NCBI GenBank assembly: GCA_030390025.1
Contig: CM059432.1
Coordinates: 25,422,001 to 25,486,000, forward strand
Direction: 5' to 3'
Source of the DNA: Squalus acanthias
Lineage: Eukaryota
Length of the DNA stretch: 64,000 nt
The position numbers were made by a program, and so were the translations under genes. The notes beneath the pieces were generated by a model. It did no database searches and was not told where the DNA came from. It saw only the letters and a program-made list of their open reading frames with translations. The stretch's first letter is position 1. Each line of letters begins with the position of its first letter. Shown here one piece after another: positions 12,711 to 24,657 of this stretch.

Positions 12711-15700
12711 TAGATACATACATAGATACATAGAAGATAGGAGCAGGAGTAGGCCATCCGGCCCTTTGAGCCTGCTCCGCCATTTAATGAGATCATGGCT
12801 GATCCTCCAATTCAGTATCCCGTCCCCGCCTTCTCTCCGTAACCCTTAACCCCTTTTGCCTGTAGAAATACATCTAATTCCCTCTTAAATATATTTAATG
12901 AGCTGGCGTACACTGCCCTCTGTGGCAATGAGTTCCACAGGTTCACCACCCTCTGAGTGAAGAAATTCCCCCTCATTTCTGTCCTAAATGGTTTAGCCCT
13001 TATCCTTAAATTATGTCCTCTAGTTCTGTTCTCACCCGCCAAGGGAAACATTCCTTCTGCATCTAGTCTGTCTAGACCTGTCAGAATTTTATACACTTCT
13101 ATGAGGTCCCCTCTCAATCTTCTAAACTCCAGTGTGTACATCCCTAAACTACATAGTCTCTCCTCATAGGTCAATCCCGCCATTCCTGGTATCAGCCTGG
13201 TGAATCGCCGCTGCACCCCCTCCATGGCAAGAACATCTTTCCTCAGATGAGGCGACCAAAACTGTACACAGTACTCGAGGTGTGGTCTCACCAGTGCCCT
13301 GTACAGCTGCAGCAAGGTATCCCTGTTCCTGTATTCCAACCCTTTTGCTATGAAGGCCAGCATACCGTTTGCCTTCTTGATCGCCTGTTGCACCTGCATG
13401 CTCGCCTTCAGTGACTGGTGTACAAGAACACCCAGGTCTCTCTGTACTTCCCCCTCTCCCAATTTATTGCCATTTAAATAATAATTTGCCCTCCCGTTCC
13501 TGCACCCAAGGTGGATAACTTCGCACTTGTCCACATTATAGTGCATCTGCCATTTATCCGCCCAATCACCCAGTCTGTCCAAATCGCTCTGGAGCTTCCT
13601 GGTCTCCTCCTTTGAGCCCACCCCCCCTCCTAGTTTAGTGTCGTCTGCAAATTTGGAAATGCTGCATCCGACTCCCTGATCCAGGTCATTAATGTAAATT
13701 GTGAACAGCTGGGGACCCAGGACAGATCCCTGTGGTACCCCACTTGTTACTGCCTGCCATTCAGAAAATGAGCCGTTTATTCCAACTCTCTGTTTTCTAT
13801 CTGACAGCCAGTTCTCTATCCACGTCAATACTTTCCCCTTTATCCCATGAGCTTCAATTTTCCCTGCTAATCTGTTATGTGGGACCTTATCGAAGGCCTT
13901 TTGGAAGTCCAGGTACACCACATCTACTGGCTCTCCCCCATCTATTTTACCAGTTACTCCCTCAAAAAATTCCAATAGATTAGTCAAGCACGATTTACCC
14001 TTTGTAAATCCATGTTGACTCTGTCCTATCCTGTCCCCATTTGCTAAGTGCTCCGCTATTTCATCCTTAATGATGGACTCCAGCATTTTGCCCACAACTG
14101 ATGTAAGGCTTACAGGTCTGTAATTACCTGCTTTTTCCCTACCCCCCTTTTTGAATAGTGGGGTAACGTTAGCTACCCTCCAATCCATGGGCACTGTTCC
14201 CGAGTCTAATGAATTCTGAAAAATCATACTTAGTGCATCCGCTATCTCTAGGGCCACCTCCTTCAGCACCCTAGGATGCATGTTATCAGGCCCTGGGGAT
14301 TTGTCCGCCTTCAATCCCTTTAGCTTCCTTAACACCATATCCTTAGAGATATTGACTTGCGTCAGTTCCTCCTTTGCAAATGTCCCTATTTTTCCCGATA
14401 TCCCAGGGAGGTTTTTTGTGTCTTCCTTCGTAAAGACTGACCCAAAGTATGCATTTAGTTGGTCTGCCATTTCCTTATTTCCCGTTATATATTCCCCCGT
14501 ATCTGACTGCAATGGGCCAACTTTGGTTTTCACCAGTCTTTTCCTCTTGATATACTTATAAAAGCTTTTGGAGTTAGTTTTTATATTTTCCGCCAGCTTG
14601 CTTTCGTAAGCTATTTTGCCCCTCTTGATTAAGCCCTTTGTCCTCCTTTGCTCTATCTTAAACTGTTCCCAATCTTCCGCTCTGGCGCTTTTTTTGGCTA
14701 TTTTATACGCCCTATCTTTGGATTTTATGCTGTCTCTAATTTCCCCTGTTATCCACGGTTGAGTCACCTTTTTAGATTTCCTTTTATGCCAGATTGGTAT
14801 AAACAATTTTTGCAATTTTGTCATTCTATCTTTAAATGCTTGCCATTGTTTATCTACCTCCAGTCCTCCCAGGAACGTTGTCCAATCAGACCTACTCAGT
14901 TCCCGTCTAATGGCATCATAATTCCCCTTGTTTAAATTCAGGACCTTAGTATCTGAGTCAATTTCTTCGCTCTCCATTTCGAGTGAGAAATCGATCATGT
15001 TATGATCGCTCTGACCCAAGGGTCCCCGTACAACAAGATTACTAATTAGTCCCTTCTCATTGCACAGTACCCAGTCCAATATAGCCTGTTCCCGAGTTGG
15101 TTCCTCGACATATTGATCCAGATAACCATCCCTTAAACACTCAAGGAATTCCTCCTCCTCATTATTTTTACTGATTAGGCTATTCCAATCTATATGTAAG
15201 TTAAAGTCACCTATGATGACAGCTGTGCTCTTATTGCACGCTTCTCTAATTTCCCTCGTGATGCCCTCCCCAACCTCTATTTTACTATTTGGAGGCCTAT
15301 ATACCACTCCTATTAATGTTTTTCGCCCCTCGCTATTTCTTAGCTCCACCCATATAGATTCTGTATTAACTGAGTTAATATCCTTCCTTTCAATTGCATT
15401 TATCCCTTCTTTTACCAGCAATGCTACCCCTCCTCCCTTTCTTTTTTGTCGATCCTTCCTAAATACTGAATACCCCTGTATGTTAAGCTCCCAGCCCTGC
15501 TCACCCTGCAACCATGTTTCCGTAATCCCAATTAGATCATAATTATTAACCTCTATTTCCACAGCTAATTCATCTACCTTGTTCCTGATGCTTCTCGCAT
15601 TAAGGTATAAAACCCTCAGGCTTTTTTTATGCTCACATTTTTTATGAATTAGTTTGGCCCTTTGTTTTTTGTTCCTCACCCTTTTACCATTTATTTCTGT

Positions 15701-16027
15701 CTGCCTTTCACTTTCCTCTATTTCACTACATAGGTTTCTAGCCCCCTGCCATACTAGTTTAAATGCTCCCGAACTGCTTTATCAAGATTAGCAATGAGAG
15801 AATCTCCCAGAATTCACAATTTAAACCCAGACAAAATCTATTCACATTATTCGCTACAACAAAGAGCACAGCCAAGACAATGAGATGTGTCCCAGGGGGT
15901 CCAACGTGTCAAACCACCTGCTGGCTGCATATCCTGTCAATTTGTGTTCTTGTGTTTTAAAAAAAAAAACAAAAAAAAAAACAAAAAAAAAACAAAAAAA
16001 ACACCTGGGAAGACCGGCCATGATGTC
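12711..16027 (-). mobile_element. Compact CR1 LINE with intact ORF2 and vestigial ORF1
   Basis: (TATG/TATC)n 3' tail; candidate TSD AAGT at 12707-12710 and 16028-16031; only ~270 nt upstream of the ORF1-like stop. Confidence 0.88.
12812..15679 (-). CDS. CR1 ORF2: APE endonuclease + reverse transcriptase, 955 aa uninterrupted (frame open to ~15778, no AUG near the start)
   Basis: EN motifs YLNARS, ITETW, VYRPP, IGDFN, LDW, SDH; RT motifs [31 protein letters not shown]. Confidence 0.96.
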   Translation of the reverse strand: MRNKKQRAKLIHKKCEHKKSLRVLYLNARSIRNKVDELAVEIEVNNYDLIGITETWLQGEQGWELNIQGYSVFRKDRQKRKGGGVALLVKEGINAIERKDINSVNTESIWVELRNSEGRKTLIGVVYRPPNSKIEVGEGITREIREACNKSTAVIIGDFNLHIDWNSLISKNNEEEEFLECLRDGYLDQYVEEPTREQAILDWVLCNEKGLISNLVVRGPLGQSDHNMIDFSLEMESEEIDSDTKVLNLNKGNYDAIRRELSRSDWTTFLGGLEVDKQWQAFKDRMTKLQKLFIPIWHKRKSKKVTQPWITGEIRDSIKSKDRAYKIAKKSARAEDWEQFKIEQRRTKGLIKRGKIAYESKLAENIKTNSKSFYKYIKRKRLVKTKVGPLQSDTGEYITGNKEMADQLNAYFGSVFTKEDTKNLPGISGKIGTFAKEELTQVNISKDMVLRKLKGLKADKSPGPDNMHPRVLKEVALEIADALSMIFQNSLDSGTVPMDWRVANVTPLFKKGGREKAGNYRPVSLTSVVGKMLESIIKDEIAEHLANGDRIGQSQHGFTKGKSCLTNLLEFFEGVTGKIDGGEPVDVVYLDFQKAFDKVPHNRLAGKIEAHGIKGKVLTWIENWLSDRKQRVGINGSFSEWQAVTSGVPQGSVLGPQLFTIYINDLDQGVGCSISKFADDTKLGGGVGSKEETRKLQSDLDRLGDWADKWQMHYNVDKCEVIHLGCRNGRANYYLNGNKLGEGEVQRDLGVLVHQSLKASMQVQQAIKKANGMLAFIAKGLEYRNRDTLLQLYRALVRPHLEYCVQFWSPHLRKDVLAMEGVQRRFTRLIPGMAGLTYEERLCSLGMYTLEFRRLRGDLIEVYKILTGLDRLDAEGMFPLAGENRTRGHNLRIRAKPFRTEMRGNFFTQRVVNLWNSLPQRAVYASSLNIFKRELDVFLQAKGVKGYGEKAGTGY

Positions 16028-18021
16028 AAGTCACGTTCTGTATCGTGACATGAACCCGATATCGCGATTGAGGCCATCCTCATGAGTGCGGAACTTGGCT
16101 ATCAGTTTCTGCTCTATGATTTTGCGCTGTCGTGTATCTCGAAGGCCGCCTTGGAGAACGCTTACCCGCAGATCCGAGGCTGAATGCCCCTGGCTGCTGA
16201 AGTGTTCCCCGACTGGGAGGCAACCCTCCTGCCTGGCGATTGTTGCGCGGTGTCCGTTCACATAGGTGCTGGAGGTGCCTGTGGAAACCTATTTCAGGAA
16301 AAGTGCACCTTCAGGAGAAGAGGAGGAAACATTTTGAGAAAGGGCCATTGCAGGGTTCAGATAATAGTTGTGAACTTCTTGCATTCGCGGGTTTATGATT
16401 TGATCTGAGCTCTTCAATGTGACTATTGCCTGGTGATCCTGCATTATCCTTTGTTTTGAAAAGGTGGGAATATGGCAATCAGCATGTTCCTGTGACTTTT
16501 AATATTCTAGTCCTTTGTCCTACAGCTTCAGCAAAGCCACCAGAAAGGAACCTTGTCTCTTTGTATAATTGTTGCAAAGAATCACTTTATTCTGTAGCTG
16601 TCAGCCCTCCATTTGTGATACAAGAACATATTCCCAAAGGATGCTGGCTACTTGTGTCATGTGAACGATGTAATGTTGCGGACTTTATAATGTAAATTAT
16701 ATGATTTAGTGCTCTGAAAAGTGCTTTCACTGCACAAACGACAAGTGGTTAAACAGACACGTTTCTGAACAGGTACAGAAATTGTCAGTTATTAGGCAAA
16801 TGTATCATGCTATGGTTGACTTCCTGAGTAAGGATTGGCCGATAGGTGAGTAATGTTCTCTAATAATATGCAGGGACTTCTGTCATTACAAATATATGAT
16901 TCCAGTAGCCCACAGGAACTTACAAGTTATTCTTTAGAGCAATTTAATTCACTGTGACGGATGGCTCCTACTCCTAAAAGCCACTAACTCAAGTATCTTC
17001 TCATCTGCTAGATTCTACCCCAGGCCAAACTTTCTCAAAACTGTGGCCTGTCATACTGAAGAACCTAATGTCTTTTTTTCTTTCCTTGATCTTCCTCGGC
17101 AATTGTTAATCGCAACCTTCAAAACCTTGGTGATACATGTTGCTAGTCTTCTGAAAATATTCCACCTTGTTTCCGGTGGTGCCTTTCTTAAAAAAACACG
17201 GCTAAATGTCAATAAGATTACGAAAACCCTTGCTGGCTGAGAATCATTTGTGCTTTATGGTGTTACTTGGATGAAGGATGAGTAAGGTCAGGGGAAGTAT
17301 GCAGCAAGCTTGGCTCGGAGCTCACGTGAGTTGGCTTAAAATATAGTCGGTTGCCAGTGACAAGGCATGCTGGGGGCTTACTTTTCTTCTCTTGTCAGCT
17401 GCATTACAAAGAGGAGCTGTAGCCCCAAGATTCTCGCACAGCATTGATGTTAACAGTTCCTGAAATAATTGCGAGATTTCTCTTTCACAAGATAGCTTTC
17501 AGCATTTTAACACATTTTTAGAAAAAGAAAAATGTGCTATTCCAATTTTTAGTCTTGTCGAGTGCTGTGTTTTATTCTGTAGCTAAAAGGGTGGGTCACA
17601 GGCTTTTTCCTTTAACCGCTATGTAACAAACCATGAGATACTGGCCCTCAGTCACACAGTCCCACCAGTTTCACCCATATTGAGAAGCACCAAGCTTCTG
17701 CTTGCTGCCTCCCTTCCCCCCCCCCCCCACCCACACCCCAAAAGCCACATGGGGCTGCGTTCTTGGGGAAGAAGTCGCTCGGAGAAGGTGGAGAGACTTC
17801 TCATGCGGCTGATCATTATCCTAAGGAGAAGTGATGAAATACTGCGCCCTGGTAAACAATGCATTGGTGTCTTGATGTATGCAGCTGTCCACGACAGCCT
17901 GGCTGGTTTGACAGGTGTCAACTGCGCCAGCCTGAAAGGAGACTGTGGCATGGAAATTCGAGACAGTAATGACTTTCACCTCCACAGGCAGAGCCTTCCC
18001 GGTAGTGAGTATATATATATA

Positions 18022-18495
18022 TAATTCCCTTTCGAAAGTTATTATTGAATCTGCTTCCACCACCCTTTCAAGCAGTGCATTGCAGATCATAACAACTTGC
18101 TGCATTAAAAAAAAAATCTCCTCATCTCCTCTCTGTTTTTTTTGCCAATCATCTTAAATCTGTGTCCTCTGGTTACCGACCCACCCACCAGTGGAAATAG
18201 TTTCTCCTTTTTTACTCTATCAAAACCCCTCATAATTTTAAACACTTCTGTTAAAACTCCCCTTAACCTTCTCTGTTCTAAGGAGAACAATCCCAACTTC
18301 TTTAGTCTCTCCATATAACTGAAGTCCCTCATCCCTGGTAGAATTCTGATAAATCTCCTCTGCATCCTCTCCAGAGTTGGACACAGTACTCTAGCTGAGG
18401 CCTAATCAATGATTTATAAAAGTTTTGCATAGTTTCCTTGCTCTTGTGCTTTATGCCTCTATTTATAAACCCAGGGATCCCATAATAGCTTTATC
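18022..18495 (-). mobile_element. CR1 3' fragment
   Basis: QRRFIRILPGMRDFSY...TRGHRFKM. Confidence 0.9.
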
Positions 18496-18499
18496 AACT

Positions 18500-19812
18500 A
18501 GTTTGCAAAAGCACAAAGCTTGAGCACAGAGCTTGGAGACAGAGCTGGGTGCATCGCAATTGGAGTGGATCGCAAGCAGAGTGGAAGAATTTGGTGATGG
18601 TAGGAATCGGTGGAGAGGAGGAAGGCGGTTTCTCATGTCTCATGTCTAACTCAAAAGGAGGACGCTAAGTTAATTATTGAGATATCTAATGTCGTTTCTT
18701 TGTGTTTAGTATCTCTGTGGTTCTTGTTAAACTTGTGTAAATTTTTGTCTTCTTTCTCTCTAAGTTAGGTCAGTGGGTTAAACTAAAGTTTAGTTAGTAG
18801 TCTATAAATAGAGGCATGGAGGGCACCTCAGTCCCATTGAATGCACATCCTGTGCTATGTGGAAAGTCCAGGATACTTCTCGTGTCCTGGACAACCACAT
18901 GTGCAGGAAGTGTCGTCAGCTGAGGATCTCGAGCTCCGGGTTTCGGAGCTTGAGCAGCGGCTGGCGTCGCTGCAGTGCATCCACGAGGCTGAGAGCTACG
19001 TGGATAGCACATTTCAGGAGGTGGTCACCCCTGCAGCTTAAGAATTTGCAGGCAGAGAGGGAATGGGTGAATGCCAGACAGACAAGAAGGACCAGGCATG
19101 TAGTGCTGGAGTCCCCTGAGTGCATCTCGCTCTCCAACTGGTATTCTGTTCTGAATACTGGTGAGGGCGATGGTTCCTCTGGGGGGTACAGTCAGAACCA
19201 AGTCCATGGAACCATGGGTGGCTTAGCTGTACAAGAGAGAGGAGGAAGGTCAAAAAAGCAACAGTGAGGGGATTCAATAGTTAGGGGAACAGACAGGCGT
19301 TTCTGCGACTGCAGATGTGACTACAGGATGGTATGTTGCCTCCCTGGTGCCAAGGTCAAGAATGTCACTGAGAGGGTGCAGGACATTCTAAGGGGGGAGG
19401 GTGAACAGCCAGAGGTCATGGTCCATATCGGTACCAATGACATAGGTAGAAAGAGGAATGAGATCCTGCAGGCAGATATTAGCGAGCTAGGAAAGAGATT
19501 CTAAAGCAGGACCTCAAAGGTAGTAATCTCCAGATTGCTCCCGGTGCCACGCGCCAGTGAGTACAGAAATAGAGGATAGAGCAGATGAATACGTGGCTGG
19601 AGAGATGGTGCAGGAGGGATGGCTTTAGACTCCTGAGGCATTAGGGACCGTTTCTGGGGGAAATGGGACCTGTACAAGCCAGACGGGTTGCACCTCAACA
19701 GGACTAGGACCAATATCCTCGCAGGGGAGGTTTGCTAGTGCTGTTGGGGAGGGTTTAAACTAGCTTGGCTGGGGGATGGGAACCTGAGCATAGATTCAGA
19801 AGGGAGAGAAGC
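18500..19812 (+). mobile_element. CR1 5' half: 5' UTR + frameshifted ORF1 (Zn-finger, coiled coil, SGNH esterase)
   Basis: MCRKC, LELRVSELEQRL, GDSIVRGTDRRF, VHIGTND, DGLHLN; ends AVGEGLN*. Confidence 0.9.
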
Positions 19813-20127
19813 AAAGCTTCAAGATGGCTCCTGGGCTGGCAGCTCCTTAATGAGCTGCTCTTTTCAACTGTATCCATAGTCATCTATTGCCATCCTCTGC
19901 CCTTTCTTCCCCCAAACTCATTCTTCCACTGCTTAAGATACTCTGGCTCTGATAGTGAAGGCATTTCAGTCCAAACTACAAGTTCAAACTACAATTTTAA
20001 AGCTACCCCTGCAGGGTCCACTGCCCATCCCCCGACCCTGCATGTCTTTGTTCTCACTGAGCTCTTTCAGCCGCCGGAACTCTGCTGAAACTTGACTTCC
20101 ATCTACCAACAGGACTACACTGCTCTA

Positions 20128-20235
20128 CTACAGAGACTGTAGGTCCCGCATTGGACTCATCAGTCACCTGCGATCTCATTTTTAATGTGGAAGCAAGTCA
20201 TCCTTGGTTCCGAGGGACTGCCTAAGTAAGTAAGT
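20128..20235 (+). mobile_element. RTE-like LINE 3' tip
   Basis: RDCRSRIGLISHLRSH-like C-terminus, GAGGGACTGCCT and (AAGT)n tail. Confidence 0.6.
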
Positions 20236-23200
20236 CCTACTCTACTGACTACACTGTTTGACTCAGCAGCTGTGACTCTGCTCTGCTTTTCAGTTGCTTC
20301 AAGTCTTAAAACTGCTGAATTCTTTTCTCAATTCAGTTTCCGATCTCCTGGACTTCTCTGGACACCTGGACTACATTTCTGCTTTGAACTACAATGGATT
20401 ACACCACTACGTTTCTGCACTGGATTACACTGTAAGACTTATCTGCTGTGTCTCTATCTCTGCTGCTAAAAGATTTTTTTGTTTAAAAATAGCTTTTAAA
20501 CTGCGGCTGTGTCTCTGCTGAACTGGTTCCACTGGTTTTTCAGCTTTGTTGGCTTCTAGCTAGCAGCTGTTTCACTTGCTGTCCGATGACTTGTTCTACT
20601 GGTTTTCAGCTTTGCTGGTTGCTGGCTTGTGGTTTTACTTTTTCTCTGTCGCTTTGATCTACGGTGACCTCCAGCTTGCGTCAATTTCACCATCATCTTT
20701 CTGCACCGCCACCGACTCTCATTGCTACGGCAACAACCTCCATCCTCGAACTCTCTACCCTTCAAATAGCTTCTGAACTTCACACACCTGCTTGGACAGC
20801 GGTTCGTCGTTGCTCCGTACCGGCTCCATCCTGCGTACGTCGGCCTTGTCCCTCCATGTGACCTCTGACTTTGACCCTGGTCTCCCTACTATTGTCTCCA
20901 ACCTATTCCCTGCTACCAGGAAATATGTATCCCATTAATTACTACGTAACCAGGCCTATGTAACCTGAGCTTTTCCCCTGTGTCCATTTGCGTGCGCACT
21001 TTGGCTGCCACTCCGGACACAAGCCGTTCATTTCTTTTTCCACTTTTTCTCCACCATTTCCTTTTCTCTCTATCCCTCCCTGACCGCTCTCTCCTGTCGT
21101 CATGCCTCCTTTCATCTCTCCTCTCTCGAATTCTCCGACCTCCCAAATCCCTACCGCAATCCCTCATTACTCTTTCGACCATCCTACTCTCCTGCTGCCG
21201 TCCCAGGCTTGACTCCCTCTTGGATAAGCCTACAGCTTCCCTCTGTGCCTCTCTTGGCATGCTACAAAGAGCCCATCGAGGCACTCGTCGCTGCCTCCTT
21301 ACGAGCAGCAACCCCAACTGTCCCATCCTACTCTCTTGTTGACCTTCCCACCCAGCGCACCCACTGGGGGCCAATCTTGCCAATCTCTCCCCGTTGAACT
21401 CACCCCTCCCAGCGCTGACCCTGTGGACGCTGGCAGTGGGTCAGCCATCACCGATCCTCTCTGCCTCTCCCTCCAGAATGTCTGTTCACTTGCGAACAAG
21501 GCCCTTGCCATCCATGGGTTTATCGTGGATGATTGCATCGACATCATGGCCCTGACGGAAACTTGGTTGAGGGATGATGACACCTTACCCTTAACTGAAG
21601 CCTCCCTGCCTGGCTATACCTTTCACCACTTGCCCCGCTCAGACTGCCGTGGTAGCAGTGTGGATCTCATCACCAAATCACACCTTGGTCTGTCCCTCTA
21701 CTCCTCCGACACTTTCTCCTCGTTTGAGCATCTCACCTTATTCCATCCCTCTCACATCTCATTAAAATTCTCATTCTCTACCGCCCACCCAAGTACCATA
21801 AAAACTTTATTACTGAGATATCTTCACTGCTTTCCTCCATTAGCCTCTGCACTGAACGACTTTTCATCCTCGGTGATTTCAACCTCCATCTCAATTCATC
21901 ATGCCCTCTCTCCTCTGAGTTCACTACCTTCCTATCCTCCCTTCATCTCTTCCTCCATGTAAACTCCCCAACCCATGTTCACGGCAACCATCTCGACCTT
22001 GTCATCTCTCGTGGTCTCGCTACTCCAATCATGTCAATCGCAGATAAGGCCATCTCTGACCAATTCCTCATATCGCTCTCCACCCACATCCCCCTCCCAC
22101 CCTCCCCCCCCACCCAAACCTACTTCCTTCTGTGTCCGCCCCTGAATAAACTCTCTCCCAACTCTCTTAAAACTGCACTTATGAAACCCCAACTGTCCAG
22201 CCTTTGGGCCCTCCATTCACCACGGCATTTCTGCGGCTACCAATCTGCTCAACCACACCCTCACCACCACCTTTGATGCCCTAGTCCCTATTAAAACAAT
22301 TACTCTCTCTCACCCTGGCCGCTCCACCTGGTACGGCCCTCATCTTTGCTCCCTTAAGTCCAAGGGATGTGGACTTGAACGGATATGGCGGACAACTGAT
22401 TTAGCCATTCACCGCTAGATCTGGCTGGACCACATAAAGCATGATCGGGTCCTGCTCTCGTCTGCCAAAACTGCTCACTACTCCAGAATCATTCTGAAAT
22501 GCAAAGATAAACTCCGGCTTCTATTCTCCACTGCTAACCATCTTCTTAAACCCCTCTCCCCTGTCTCCTCCACCCTCACCTCCGATAACACGTGTGAGGA
22601 GCTCATGGACTTCTTTGACTCTAAGATTGATACCATTCATTCAGCTGCCTCTGCCACTTCCCTTCCTTCCCCTCATATCTTTCTCCAGTTTCTCTTCGAT
22701 CTCCCCTCATGACCTCTCCGTGCTCATCTTGTCCATGAGACCCACTTCCTGCTCCCTCAACCCTGTTCCCACCAAACTGCTGACCATCCAACTTCCTTTT
22801 CTGGCTCCCATGTTAGCTGATATTGTTAACGGTTCTCTCTCCTCAGGTACTGTCCCCCTCTCCCTCAAATCTGCTGTCATCACCCCTCTCCTCAAAAAAA
22901 CAACCCTTGACCCCTCCGTCCTTGCAAACTACCACGCCTCATCTCCAACCTCCCTTTCCTCTTCAAAGTCCTTGAACATGTTGTCACCTCCCAAATCCGT
23001 GCCCATCTTTTCCGCAACTCCATGTTTGAATCCCTCCAATCAGGTTTCCGCCCTTGCCACAGTACTGAAACAGCTCTCATCAAAGTCACAAATTATATCC
23101 TTTGTGACTGTGACAAAGGTAAACTATCCCTCCTCATCCTTCTTGACTTGTTTGCAGCCTTTGACACGTTTGACCACTCCATCCTTCTCCAAAGGCTCTC

Positions 23201-23589
23201 CACCGTCATCCAGCTGGGTGGGACTGCACTCGCCTGGTTTCATTCTTATCTAAAACAAAAGCAAAATACTGCGGATGCTGGAAATCTGAAATAAAAACAT
23301 AAAATGCTGGAAATACTCAGCAGGTCAGGCAGCATCTGTAGAGAGAGAAACATAGTTAACATTTCAGGTCGATGACCCTTTGTCAGAACTGGAAAAAGTT
23401 GGAGATGTAACACGTTTTTAAGCAAGTGTAGGGGCAGGGAAAGGAGGTAAGAATAAAAGAGAAGGTCTGTGATAGGATGGAAGGTAGGAGAGGTTAAAAG
23501 ACAAAAGGAATGATGGTGCAAGGCAAAAGGAGATTGTAATGGGACAAGTTAAGGAACAAAAGATGACTCTAGAGGAAGTAAAGCTGAAG

Positions 23590-24657
23590 TGATTGGGAAT
23601 TGGGGGGAAAACTCTCCACTGGCTGGAGTCATACCTAGCACAAAGGAAGATGGTTGTGGTGGTTGAAGGTCAATAATCACAGCCCCAGGATATCGCTGCA
23701 GGAGTTCCTCAGGGCATTGTCCTTGGCCCAACCATCTTCAGCTGCTTCATCAATGGCCTTCCCTCCAACATAACGTCAGAAATGGGGATGTTCGCTGATG
23801 ACGGCACAGTGTTCAGTGCCATTCGCAACTCCTCAGATAAATAAGCAGTCCATGCCTGCATGCAACAAGACCTGGACGACATTCAGACTTGGGCTGATAA
23901 GGGGCGGGTAATATTCGCCCCACAGAAGTGCCAGGCAATGACTATCTCCAACAAGCGAGAGTCCAACCACCGCCCCTTGACATTCAACGGCATTACCATC
24001 GCTGAATCCCCCACCATCAACATCCTGGGCAGTCACCATTGACCAGCCACATAAATACTGTGGCAATAAGAGTAGGTCAGAGGCTGGGTATTCTGCGGCG
24101 AGTGTGTCACCTCCTGACTCCCCAAAGCCTTTCCACCATCTACAAGGCACAAGTAGGGAGTGCTTGGATGAGTGCAGCTCCAACAAAACTCCAGAAGCTT
24201 GACACCATCCAGGACAAAGCAGCCCGCTTGATTGGCACCCCATCCACCACCTTAAACATTCACTCCCTCCACCACCGGCGTACCGTGGCTGCAGTGTGTA
24301 CCATCTACAAGATGCACTGCAGCAAATCGCCAAGGTTTCTTCGGCAGCACCTCCCAAACCCGCGACCTCTTTCACCTTGAAGGACAAGGGCAGCAGGCGC
24401 ATGGGATCACCACCACCTCCAAGTTCCCTCTCAAATCACACACCATCCTGACTTAGAAGTATATCGCCGATCCTTCATCATCGCTGGGTCAAAATCCTGG
24501 AACTCCCTACCTAACAGCACTGTGGGAATACCTTCACTGCAGGGACTGCAGCGGTTCAAGAAGGCGGCTCACCACCATCTTCTCGAGGGCAATTAGGGAT
24601 GGGCAATAAATTCTGGCCTTGCCAGCGACGGCCACATCCCATAAACAAATAAAAATA
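23590..24657 (+). mobile_element. Non-LTR retrotransposon 3' fragment (family distinct from the CR1/L2 here) nested in the PLE pLTR
   Basis: GVPQG..LGP, MFADD, QQDLDDIQTWADK, SLHHRRTVAAVCTIYKMH; 3' end GGGCAATTAGGGATGGGCAATAAA + A-tail. Confidence 0.85.

Larger units (their letters stand above)
12624..16261 (-). mobile_element. Penelope-like element family B, 3' end (GIY-YIG C-term + pLTR), interrupted by CR1
   Basis: 16031-16261 encodes ...VGEHFSSQGH...EQKLIAKFRTHEDGLNRD. pLTR 12624-12710 resembles 56654-56738. The two parts join when 12711-16027 and one AAGT copy are removed. Confidence 0.8.

Noticed and set aside
17652..18024. Open frames on both strands in unique-looking DNA
   Set aside because: No recognisable protein and no convincing exon boundaries.
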